Source: Lama guanicoe (lineage: Eukaryota). Taken from it: a stretch of DNA of 64,000 nucleotides. Location: positions 10,385,186 to 10,449,185 of the forward strand of contig MU054323.1 of NCBI GenBank assembly GCA_013239625.1, written 5' to 3'. The translations under genes and the position numbers were made by a program. This document shows, piece by piece, positions 26,241-38,245 of this stretch. Each line of letters opens with the position of its first letter. Positions within the stretch are counted from its first letter, which is position 1. The notes beneath the pieces are model-generated. The model did not search any database and was not told where the DNA came from. It was given only the letters and a program-made list of their open reading frames with translations.

Positions 26241-27128
26241 CAAGTCCCCACAACACTCTCTTTGGCCCAGAAGCCTTTTCTACCCACTTTCCATTCAGAG
26301 CTTCCTGGAGCCATGGACTTTTCTCTCCCTCATGTGCCATGTCACGGTGGCCCAGCTGTCAAATAACCTAGCAAACTCCTCCATCGTCTTCTGCCTCACC
26401 TTGGATGAGTGTAAATATGAGATAGAAAGTGAACCAAATAAAGGCCAATATCTTGTGGGGTGCCTTGGAAACCAAAAAGTGACAGAGACCCTTATGACTA
26501 AAGGCAGAGAAAGATGTACCACCAAAGTCAAAGGAGAAAGAGTGAGCAGGCTACAGGATGGGGTCTGGGAAGATTTCTGGAGGCAAAAATATTCAGGAAA
26601 AGACCTTTTTTCTTTTAAAAATAGAACCTGCCAGAAGCTCAGGATGGGAGTGAGCCATGAAGGGCAATGAGCCAAAAGGAGCTCAGGATGCCAGTGGGAG
26701 AGGAGCGTATAATACGTCTCAGCTGGGTTCTTTGGGGGACAAGTCCTGGCCACCAGTCACCTTGAACTAATCTTTAGACTCTCAACCTGGAGTCTGGGGT
26801 TCTCTGGAGGAATAAGCATGTTTTACAGGGACTCAAAATATCCTTTCTTACTTTAAAAGGGGCTCATACAATATGCTGCTTTGAGAAATATTATCTAATC
26901 CATTATATGCATTAATGACCTTGAGTGAGCCATTCATCTCTCCTGCACTGGTTCTTCATGTTTAAAAAAAAAAGGAAGATGGGTAGATGAGATAATTTTT
27001 AGTTCTATGAATTTCAGGCTGGGAAGACAAGCATTTGGGAGGCAGGCAGATTTTTCTGAGATTACTGCCCCAGCCGACTGCCTCAAGGTCATCAGTTTTG
27101 AGCCTGAGAATGCTCAGTTAGAAAACTG

Positions 27129-27167
<39 letters not shown>
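27129..27167. repeat. A39 homopolymer
   Basis: 39 consecutive A. Confidence 0.95.
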
Positions 27168-27171
<4 letters not shown>

Positions 27172-27609
27172 GGACTTCCTGACATTTTCTCTGGAATGGA
27201 ATTGCCCAGGGAGAAGGAAACATACAAACATCTATATTGAGAGGCTGATTTATTTTTGTGGCTTCCACATCTCTCTAAAGGAAAAGAAAACCAGGGACTC
27301 ATTTAGTTGTTGTTTGCATTCTAAAGACAAAGGAGATGCCATCTCATCAGTGAACAGTAATGTAAGTGAAGAAGAGGTGCAGATAGGTGGACCTGGTAAC
27401 ATGTAACACAAGGAGGAAAGCCCATATTTACTCTTGGTCCTCTAAAATGCCACTTGTCCTTTTCCCCGCCTGTCTTAAGTATATACTTCACTACTAGCCT
27501 CTAGTAAGGTAAGAGGACAGGTCACCTTTCAATTTGTTTGTCTGGCCAGAATAAGGGTGTTCTCTAGGATCATCTTTGACTTTTTCTTTCTCTCTCTGCT
27601 GTCTGCAGA

Positions 27610-27745
27610 GAGTTACCCATTCTCATAGGTTCAGTGCTGCTTTCTGTGCAGATGACTTTCCGATCTTCAGTTCCAGCTCGGATCTGATGGCTCACCTGCG
27701 CCATCAGCACTGCATTTCCTGCTGCTTTGAATCATTTCTACCTGG
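27610..27745 (+). mobile_element. L2 ORF2 reverse-transcriptase fossil
   Basis: Translates as HSHRFSAAFCADDFPIFSSSSDL, matching the remembered L2 HSHGFNYHLYADDSQIYISSPDL. Confidence 0.7.
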
Positions 27746-29329
27746 TGGTCCTCTACCACATGGAGCTCCCTTCAGTCAATCAGCCAGTCCTTCCATCCAT
27801 TATTCTACATGTCTCCAGAGGATGGGAAACAACTCACAAGCCCAGGGCTTCCTGATCTCCTTCAATCAGAGAAGATGCCTTTGGATCTTCAGCCTTGAAA
27901 CTACCACCACTGGCAGGGCCAACGGCTCCCCATCAATCCTCATTCTCTTTTTTGGTGTTTTGGGGTTTGGCCTAAGATTTTTGCTGCCTTTTGCTTTTCT
28001 CTGCCAAGACATCTCTCTGGGTCCTTGATTCCTAGGGGGTGTCCCACCTACCTGCCTGCTTTATTGGTGACCTATTTTGCTCACTGAACTCTGGATTCTC
28101 CTGCCCATTTCTCTACTCCATTGCCCATTTCTGGCCTCTCTGGTTGCCCATTCTCTGTGTGCCCTGTTGGCTGCTCATCTGCTCTCTGCTTGGACTTTGA
28201 CCTGAGTCAAGTTCTTTCCATCCCACCCTCCTGCCTAAGACTTTACCTCATCACATATATCATTAAACATATATTCAACCTTCATCATTTGTAGTTCAGG
28301 AACCTTCATAAAAGCATAGTATAAGAAGAATCCCTTTCTGTTTTCACAAGCAAGTCAAGGGTTTGAATCAGATGACCTCTAGGATCACTTACAGCCCTGA
28401 AATGCTATGATTTAACAGCACTGGAAAGTACTAAGGGAAACTTATTAATGAGAGATGAGAAACAGACCCAGAGATATAAAGTAACTAGACAGTCTGAGGA
28501 CTGAGCTGGAATTAGAATTTAGGTCTTTTGAGACCTGACTCTTGCTGGAACTCTCAAGCTTTGCCATTTTGTCTTCGGCTCTCCCTGCAAGTAGGCCCTA
28601 GTTCAGTTCCTTCGGCCATCTGTTAGACCACTGTTTACTTGGAAATGAGAAGGAAAATAAAAGACCTTTGCTTCCAGGTCACCTCTTGCATTAGCAGCTT
28701 CAAGATGACAGTGGGAATGTGCAACCCACTTACGAGAACAAAGTGTTTTTAAGGACTGAGCACATTGATTGTTTGTGTGTGAGTGGCACCACTAATTACA
28801 AACAAGTCCTGTCTATTTATTAAAGCAGGCCCTTTTCAGACATTTCCCGCATGCAAACGATCCTTCCGCACAATTAGGGTAAATTAGTAAGGTTTTACTG
28901 AACTAATGAGACAATGTTTGTGAGGCTTGTCTTTATATTTTCCAGGATGTTTTGAGACAAGAATCTATAATTGGGATTCTCAAACTGCCACATTCAAGGC
29001 AGGCTGCATGAAAAGGGAGGTTACCGAAACTCCCAGTCACTTCAAGGAATGTCACATAGAGGTGTGGCTCTAGGCTCACGGACATGCACACACCTACACA
29101 TCCACAAGATTTATGTGCACATTCACATGTGCACATATATGCAGACACACACCTTGCACACATATACGTACACATAAAACACAATTGTGTTTCTGTTCAC
29201 AAAGCTTCTTGTTCCCTCATTAACAAGTGACTATCCAGAATGCTATGGTGCTAACATGCTGGGTCTGAAATCTTGCCTGAGTCATGAGGGATAATACAAT
29301 ATAAATACTGCAAAATAATATCAGGTACC

Positions 29330-29510
29330 TTTTACTGTAAGCTAGACTCTTGTTGGCAATTATCTTTACAACCTTCCAAAGGAAGTGTTATTATCCCCAT
29401 TCAGTTGATGAAGACACTGATGCCTAGCAACTCAAAGCACATGGTTAGTACCCTGAGCTGGCATTCAAATCCATTATCTTTCCACTCTGCCCCCAAAGCA
29501 CATTCTTTAT
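29330..29510 (-). mobile_element. MIR SINE
   Basis: gtgttattatccccattcagttgatgaagacactgatgc...gagctggcattcaaatcca. Confidence 0.7.
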
Positions 29511-31439
29511 CCCTAATCTAGTTTCTTCTGCTGAAGCTCTATTTGGTTACCTAACCTGGCACACTTTTATCAAAAACTCTTTTCATCTTTTCAGCATAAG
29601 ATGGAATCTAAACTCAGTCATTAGCCTCTCCCAGCCCCCTCCCTGGTCCCTTGGATCCTTCAGATCTCCACCCTGCATCTCTACAAGAGACAATGAGCAA
29701 GGAGTGACCTTAGGATGGTGCAGCACTGCTTCAATCCATTGGGTTTGGAATGAGCAGGCTCCCCACTCAGAACCACTGTGTTGTGGCCCGAAGGCTGCAG
29801 GTCAGAAGTGGCAAGGTGGGAGGGTACAAAACCAGCTCTATGGGTCTTCGCAGTCCCTGCCAGGTGCCTGAATATCTACATACCAATGCTACATACCAAT
29901 TTGTCAGGAAGCACAAACCTCACTTTGGTGGCTCCACGAGGAAAGCTATCAAGACATCAGATTCAGTCTCAGGCTCCAGGCACAGCTCCTTTTGGCCCTT
30001 TTGTCTCAATTCCCAGGATACAATATGCTATACTGCAGCAGAGGGATGAGGGTTCAAATTCTGATTTCATCCCCCTTGTGTCAATGACTTAACCTCTCTA
30101 AAAGTCAAATGTAAAATGGAATTAGATTATAATCTCCACAATGCACCTCCAGTATCTGACTCAGTACCTGCCTTGTAGTATGCAGTCAATAAATATTTGT
30201 TCGTAAGACAAGAATTACTCCTGTCTTACAGATGTTTGGGGCATTTAATATGTTCTATCAGGTCAATCAATGTTCGCATCTTTCCTATGCTTTGTGAATC
30301 AACTTTTGAAACACTTTCTTTCCCTCAAAATTTCTGAATCTGTTCTTGGGATATCTCAAGAGGCAAACTTATACTTCAAAGTGATAGTCCTATAGATTGT
30401 ACAAAGAACAAATATTCACAGACTCATAGAATTTCATCCAAAAGAGAGACCCTAGGGTTGAAAGGAAAGATCCTTTGTTTTAATCCCTTCTCTCATCAAA
30501 GAGACTGACGGGGAAGGAAGTGATCTGTCCAAGACTACATAGCTAGTGAGAGTTTATTCATTCCAAGGTAAGCTGCTTTTTTCCTTATTTAACAGCCTCT
30601 AGCCTACACCTGTGATCACCAACTAGACAATTTCCAACCCAGGTAAGCCCAGATATGACACCGGGAAGGGAGATTCCTCCCCAGTGCTGTCCCACTTGCA
30701 TAAGGAATGGAACTTCTGTGTTCTGTGCTTGCAGCTGCTAAGTATGATGGTCTCATGCATTGGAATCCAGCCTAACACCACGCTTCATATTGAGAGTGCA
30801 CTTACCCTAGTAGCTGGGCTTTTAACTGTATGCTTCAGGACATGTTTATTTTATGTATTTATTTGCCACAAGTATGGCTGTAATTCTGTTTGTGAAAATC
30901 AACAGAAGAGACCTCTAAGCTCACAACCCTGAGGCAGGGCACCCCTGTAAGTTCATGCTTCCTGGTTTCCTTCTCTTACCCTATACTCAACAACCCACAA
31001 AAAGTGGTTTGCTTTTACTGGCTGGATTCAGTTAATCCTTAATTTGAGTAAAACCAGATACAGCTAGATTTCCCAGTTCATGATCTTTGAGGCCTGAATT
31101 AACTCTGCAGTTAAAAAATATTCACCTAGACCAGAAAGCAGCAGCCTCTGTGTGCTCTGGTTGCTCTAGTTCCTGATGTTTCCCAATCTCTGCAGTTTAG
31201 CACGCCTTGGGGATTTCTAGGACCAGAAAACCTAGCCTTTAGCTCCTCTTAAAGCATTTTTTCAACCAAAGATTTCAGAGGAAAAAAAGCATAATTAGTA
31301 ACAGATATTTTATTACCTTGCTTTTCAAATCATATTACTAAGAGGTGAGTTTCTTTGCTTTGGGTGACAAAGCAAAATAGAGATTAGAGGTTAAGGGAAG
31401 GTCTGTCTAGTATTAACTAACTAACTAATTAATTTGTTG

Positions 31440-32190
31440 ATTACCCGTTCATTTTATATTCATTCATCATTTAAAAATTATTTAAGTGTATGCGACATGC
31501 AAAGCAGTGGGCTAGTATAGGTGAGGGGACAGGGTAGAAATGAAATATAAAAAAATATGTGGTCCCTGCTCTCCATAACCCTATAGTCTAGTGGGAAGGA
31601 CAAGATATTTACTCATACATTTATAATGCAAGGAGTTCAGTAACAGGAGTTACCAATGAAGATTTCCTGATTCTAGGGCATGAGCTGGAAAGTGACAGGT
31701 AGAGATGGGAGGTGAGGGCCTTCCAGGTGGAAGATCAATCATAAGCAGACATTGCAGGGTGAAAGGTGTGAGAATTGGTTAAAAATGAGGAGTGAATTTG
31801 CTTGCTTGGAGTGGAAAGTGTAGAGGATTAATAAGATACAAAGCAAAAGAACTTACGTGCTCTACAAAGGAGTGGGTTTTGTTTGGGAGTCACTGGGGGA
31901 GCTTATGAAGGTTTAGTATCATCAGGGAAGTTGTATAAGTAAAGTGGTCTGTGAGAAAAATGTCTTGGAATTAGCAACAATGAAGATATTTGGGATAAGG
32001 GGACTGGGAAAAGTGGAGACGGATCCATGCTGGGAAACTAATGCAAGGGTAGCATCAGAGGATAAGGCTTGAACCAGGGGTGGTGACAGTTTGACTAGAA
32101 AGATGGGGCCACACTGGAAAGGTCTCCAAAGCATCATAGCAATACTGTAAGTAATACTGCAAGCAAGCTGACAGTGTATTTCTAAAGAAC
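31440..32190 (-). mobile_element. L2 LINE fragment
   Basis: ttcattcatcatt...tggtccctgctctc...tatagtctagtgggaag...ataaggcttgaaccaggggtggtgacagt. Confidence 0.75.
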
Positions 32191-35120
32191 AATGTTTAAG
32201 TTCAGATCTTCCCCAGTCTCTGTCATATAGAGCCAATGGTAGTCAGTAGACAGAAGTGAAGGTATGTTAATAAAACAAACTTTTACTGGTATTTGAAGAT
32301 TTTAGATGCTGCTTAGGATTGATTAGAAAAATACTCAAGTGCCCAGAGGCATCCATTTCCCCCAATGGAGCAGCTGCCAGGCTCATTACCATATTAATTC
32401 AGTTGCTTATTGTCACGTGAGGAGCACATTCCTATCAAGGACGGATTTTTTTCCTTCCAGCCTCCCATTCCAGGCCTGTGAAACCAGAGCTCCCTGACAT
32501 AGCTGGTTCAAAGGAAGGAAAAATCCTTTCCTGCTTAACATTCTGCAAAAGGCACATGCAAATCTCTGAAGTCAATCATCATGAATGAAGCCATTTAAGA
32601 GTGAGGCCCGCGACTCCTCTGTGCGGATGAATAACCAGGCAGAGTGAATCGCCAGCAGAGGGGACTGCAGGCGACTCTCTTTCTGCTTTGTCACCCTTTA
32701 TGACCTGCCTTATGGTCTCAGCGCCCTTCACGGGAATGTCTTGCTTTGCAAAAAGAAACATAATAACCAGAGAGGAGAAATGCCAGCCCCGCAGCCTGTT
32801 ATTTAAGAAGTCTGCAGAAATGAAATGCTGGCCAGATCTTACTTTTACATGGACAAACTTGCGCCCTCTGCTTTGCAATTACAAGCCCAGAACAGCAGCA
32901 GAAGCCATCCTGAGGCTGCATGCCCTCCTCCATCATAGAACTTGTCACAGAAAACAATGGCCAAGGGGGTTGCCAATGGCTCTGGACCCCTTTTGTCTCC
33001 ACACTGTTAGTCCACGTTCAGCCCAGGATGGCTGTGGCAGAACAGCACTGTTGTTTCCATCCACCCTGGTATCCAAAGGGGAAACTGGCTCCACTTATTC
33101 CCTAAGTCAGTGGAAATCCTCTGCTGGTACCGCACGCTGCAGCCCCTCAATCCAGGGGTCAACAGAGCCATGAGAGGAAAAGCTATCTAGACTGAGTGCA
33201 GGTGGGAGGCCACCTTTTGTGACTCTGCTTTTGGCTCCAAATAACTGAGCTTGAACATGCTGATTAAGTAGTGCTCAGTGCTGACTTGATGAGTGATGGG
33301 GGAGGAAAGAGAGTCTTGTGTGCTAATTTCAGCTCTACCACTGAGTCACCAGCACAGTGTACATTTGTTCATTCAGCATTAGTTGAGCACCTGTCGTATG
33401 TCTGGAATCTCGCTGTTAGCTGAGAATATTGAGATAAACAAGACCCCTGAGGGACATCCTGGGAGAGGAGGCATTTGGAAGGTCATCTGATCTCCCTGGG
33501 CCTGTTTCCTTTAAAAGCAAAGGTGGTGGACAATATTTCTAAGGTCCCTTCTCCCTCTAACAATCTGTGAGAGGGTGATGGGGCTCTCTGACCCCACCAG
33601 ATGAACACCGGACTAGAGGTGTGGGTCTTGACCCCTAGTTTACTGTTTCATGCTCAGCCTGGCTGCTTCCTATGTCTCAGAAAGCCAGAGCATCTGATTA
33701 GGCAGGAGAATCCTAAGCGCCAGGCCTTGGTCAGGTATCTCTTGAGTAACCTCTGCCCAGATCACAGCCACAGTGGGAGAAAAGAAGAGCCCTTATTTTC
33801 GGATCTCCCAGTAAAGCCCCAGCCTTCAAATCATAAGCTCTACTGAATAAATACCTCTCTGTCATATCTTGAGGAAGAGCCTTTGTCTGCTAGAAATTCT
33901 AGAAAAGCAACTCATTGTATAGTCAACTTCTTTTTTCCTTAATTTTTAAGAATGCTTAGGATTAGCTTTGAGGTGAACTTCATTCTGGAATTTTCCCAGA
34001 CAACTTCATTACAATAAGGCCTCCACACTGAGGCTCCTTGGGCTTTGTCTATGAGGAGAGGTCAAGGAATGAGAGTCTTGAGACTGAAACGTGGGAGTCT
34101 CTTAAGAGCCTGGAGGTAGGGTAGGTGTGACTCAGTCCCTCTAGGCCAGGATTGCAGAAGTAAAAGGCTGACTTTAATGATAGCCAAGTCTTCTTCAGAA
34201 GAACCGAAAGGTATCCAGCAGAATCAGGTGAAATCTAGGAAGGTTACTTTCTTACTAATAGAAAACACAGTCCTTATTTGCATAGGGACAGCCTTTAGAA
34301 GGCCCTTGCAGGCCCCAAACCGGTGGGATCTGCTCACTCAGAGAAAACCTCATCCCTGCTTCTATGGGAGGCCTCTCTGGTCCCAGGCCTCTCACCACAG
34401 ATGATGAGAAGTACCTCAGCATTAGTAGGTTTGGGTGTTTTCCGAGGTGCCAGTTGAATGTGACACTCACCTCTCCCTTTTCCAGCTTCCCTAACACTTA
34501 CTTTCTGAGAAAATGTTTGATGAAAGCAATGTGCTGCTTAAGAAGTTTTTATTTAGGTTTTTTTCTTTTTGAGACTTGTTAGATATCTTTCACCCCAAGC
34601 TTATCAAATGGAAATAAGAAACGCCAGTGACATCTCCTGCCAGCTGCGGTTTCTTCCTCAGCGCCCCCATCTAAAGGATGGAAACATTTGGCATGGCCTG
34701 GGGTTATTGTTCCTCAAGGGTCCCAAGTCTTACTCCTCCTGCAGATACTGGAAGTCTTTCATCTTAAAAGCCTTTTCAGGAACTGCTTCAGAAGTTGTGC
34801 CTGGGTCTACGACAACTTCAAACCTCAATCAGAACAGCACTTGGTACTTTATTTGTTTAGTTTTTCTGCAAATCCCGTTTAGTCTAAGGGCTCTTACCTG
34901 TCAGTGTCACCAACAATGCTAGGGGAGATGGGCATTGGTGAGGACTGCTTCCCATATTTTTAGAAGAAATGAAGGGCACATTAGTGCCAGAAAAAGGAGA
35001 AAGAGTTTTTTTTCCCCCCTGTCTTAGCCCAGGGAAATAAATCTGGCAGTCAATCACAGAATATGTCTATGTCCCAGCATTCATGAAACTATGTTCTTTG
35101 ATGTCATATCATTTAATTCT

Positions 35121-35188
35121 AGAAGGAGGAGGAGAAGGAGAAGGAGGAATGGACAAGTAGAAGAAAGAGGACGAAGAAGAGGAGGAGA
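35121..35188. repeat. GA-rich low-complexity (AGG/AGA) tract
   Basis: agaaggaggaggagaaggagaaggaggaat...gaagaagaggaggag; it explains the poly-R and poly-L ORFs. Confidence 0.85.
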
Positions 35189-35809
35189 TAAACAGAAACT
35201 AAAACTGACTTTCAGAGACTGTGACTTGCCTATGAACCCTTCAGCTAGAGATGAAGCTAGGATCTGTCTCAGGAAGGAAAACCTAAAGTCCTTGCTCCTC
35301 CACCACATTGCACTGACCCAACCAACAATCTGCATCCTTTGGTAACCAACTACATGGGAGCAATTAGCATCACTTGGGAAGATGGTCAAAGTGAACACCT
35401 GGATTATGCCACACCTCAACTGGTCTTCCCCAGGCTGCCTCAGCTCAAATCTACAAGCAAGGAGGCGGCTTGCTACTGGTAACAGAATATGCCTTTAGAA
35501 GTACCTCTTTGATTCTCTCTGCTTCTTCATGATCAAGCTGGTGTTTACAGGCAAATAATCTAAGCAATAAAACTACCATAAACTGCAGCAGACCAAGCTA
35601 AAAGAAAATGTACACTGTAGATGAAAAAGGCAGGGGGAAGAATAATGATATGCCATTTCTCCTGCCCAAGAGAGAACAATTAAGAAGGGGTGAGTGATTC
35701 CTCAGGACAGAGGGGACCCACTAGGAGGTTTGGGCTGAATTTACCTCATACACATTCTCACACATTTGCAATGATGGAGAGCAAAGGGAAGGAAGAGGAG
35801 GAGGAAATG

Positions 35810-35960
35810 TTCTCCTTGTAAAATGTTAAAACATTACAGATAAGCCTAGTGTTCTCTTTGACCAGCAGGATCCCTCCTTCCCTCCCCATTTCCATCCCTA
35901 CAGGTAATCACTGTATTAAGTTTGGATATATCTCTTCAGGTCTTTTTTTCATGTGTCTCA
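35810..35960 (-). mobile_element. L1ME-type 3' end fragment
   Basis: tgtaaaatgttaaaacattacagataagc...tccctacaggtaatcactgtattaagtttggatatatctcttcagg. Confidence 0.6.
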
Positions 35961-36604
35961 CGAACACACACACACAAATACGTATCCATAGAAATTTCCA
36001 CAAGAAGAATAAATTTATGTGTTACTTGGGTAATAAAAATATAATTCTAATAAAGAAAGAATAGGAGAGAAAGAAAAAGTGGAACTTCAAAAATAAGGCT
36101 CACGTTTGGAATGAAACTACTGATTCAACTTTTAGAGTGTCTAACAGATCAATGTATTTGTAAGAAATAGACTCAAGTACAATCATACTGTGAACGACAT
36201 ATCCGATCTGAGTTTCTTAACAATAAAGCATTAAAGATGACCAACCTTAAAGGTGTGAAACTGATGAATTATGCAAAAATCAAAAAGCACAGAAGAATAC
36301 TACTATGATCTGTCACTGAAATAAACTCAAAGGGAAGACATTTTGCAAATTCCAGACAGCTTGGTACTATGCTTCCTGAACACTGTGACTATATAATACT
36401 CACCGATTTAATTTAACAAATTTAGGATTAAAGTTATTCTTATGTATTAAGATTGTCATTGAAGGAAAGGAACTAATTAGCAAAGTCAGAGAGGTTGCTG
36501 TGAAGATGCATTAATCAGCCTGAGAGCAAAATGCAAAAGGATTAAGAACAGCCGTGTGCTGGTAGATATTCTTAGGCTTTTTGTGCCTAAGAGTTTAATT
36601 ATTT

Positions 36605-36965
36605 ATCTATTCATTAGTAATTCTGTCCATTCATTCAGCCAGCATCTGTATGCCAAGCACTATGCCAGGCACTAGAGCACAGTGGCAGCATGGTGAGGTG
36701 GGAGATCACAGACTTTTGCCAGAGAGACTTGCTTTGGGTTCCTGGCTGCAGTACTTACCAATGGCGAGATTTTAGGCAAGTCACTTACCCTCTTTAGCTT
36801 CACTTTCCTCACCTGTGGGGCGATAACCAACTTGCTACTGAGGGGACTAGAAATAATGTTCACAGAGCCCCTAGCAAAGTCCCTGACACAGAGTGAGTGT
36901 AGGCAGCACTTACTATTTGGCAACAACCCCTATTCTAAGGGAGCTCAACATCTGGTATGAGAGAG
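36605..36965 (-). mobile_element. L2 3' end interrupted by a MIR
   Basis: cattcattcagccagcatctgtatgccaagcactatgccaggcactagag, resuming as ccctattctaagggagctcaacatctggt after the MIR. Confidence 0.65.
36682..36918 (+). mobile_element. MIR SINE
   Basis: ggcagcatggtgaggtgg...ttaggcaagtcacttaccctctttagcttcactttcctcacctgt...cctgacacagagtgagtg. Confidence 0.88.
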
Positions 36966-38165
36966 AGCAAGATAAAGAATTGCTCTCGGAGGGGTTCCAC
37001 TTCGGGAATGGTGACAAGAGGCGCTCTGAAGGCCTGTTGCTCAGTAAAAGAAGCGTAACTGGTGAAAATTATTTCTAAAAAACCAATCATTTAAAGCCTC
37101 TGGAAACTGCCTTAAGTACATATGGCAAAGGAAAAAAAATATTTATTCAAGAAAATCTACTGAAACTTAGTAAGAACACTGAGAATCTGTGACATTTGAA
37201 CCCTCCTTTCCTCTCCCCGCTCAGCATGATGGAAACTCCATTCCAGACACTTTCAGCCAAGAACACGGGGTGCCCTCTTCCCCCAGCTCCAGATCTAGGT
37301 TTCTGGAACCTCTCCAGGAGGGGCAGGGCACCAGCATTTCTCATCTTCCCCAGCTACATGTGGTGGAGGCTCACTTCCAGGCAAGTGTGGCCAAGAGGTC
37401 AAGGCTCTCTTACTCCATCCAGACCTACTCATAGAGTGCAGGCTCTCTCTACTCTAGGTATGGCACACTGAGAACATTGGGGTCTTGATTGCCCTGACCA
37501 CAGCTCACATATAGGATGGAGGTTCCAAGGTGGAATAGGCAAGTTGAGAATAAGACACACTATTAACCCTGCCCAGCAGGGTATCACTCCAAGAGAAGCA
37601 GGTCACTTCCTAGACCCCAGCTCCAGGGAGAGGCAGGCCATAAGAAAAGATATCCAAAGTTCTCCTGAAAGGAACTGACTTTATTTCAAACAGTATGGAA
37701 AAATTCAAGCCTAAAGATGCTTTTAAAAACAATCATGGTTTTGGTGGTAAATAACTGAGAGGAGACTAGTAGGTTCATGAGAGCAGAAGGTAAACAGGAG
37801 GACAGCTATTTTGCCAGAGAGAATGAGGAAAAAGAGACAGTAAGAAGAGCCCACCTGAGTTCAAAGAAACTTTAAGATTGCAAAGGTACCCACATTAAAT
37901 TGGAACAGACTGTGGAGCAATATATGTACCCAGAACTTTGTCAAAAATAGTAGAACAATCAGATAACAATTAGTGGATGCCAACAGCTGCATGTGATGCC
38001 AACAGAGGCAGACAGTTCACCAGAGATCAGGGAAAGAGACAGTTCAAGAGAGCCCTGTTAATACCACTGTCATTGCAGAATGTCATCCTAGCATGACAAA
38101 GACTACATCCTCTGAAGAGTGATATCAGATGCTTCACACTGCAAAGGAAATAGACCTCACTAAAG

Positions 38166-38245
38166 CCAAATAAAGTTATACCACAGGTACTAGGGGTTAG
38201 GGCTTTAACATATCTTTTTTGGGGAACATGATTCAACCCATAACA
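38166..38245 (-). mobile_element. MLT1C-like LTR, 5' 80 bp only, inside the L1
   Basis: The minus strand reads tgttatgggttgaatcatgttccccaaaaaagatatgttaaagccctaacccctagtacctgtggtataactttatttgg. Confidence 0.85.

Noticed and set aside
27576..28028. 150-aa ORF with an ADD reverse-transcriptase-like motif as a domesticated RT gene
   Set aside because: A short degraded L2 ORF2 relic with a TTG start; similarity ends after about 45 codons.
32688..33173. 161-aa ORF, the longest in the window
   Set aside because: No recognisable domain or exon structure; a frame of this length is expected by chance in 64 kb.
35081..35419. Poly-Arg and poly-Leu ORFs
   Set aside because: Artefacts of the GA-rich low-complexity tract.
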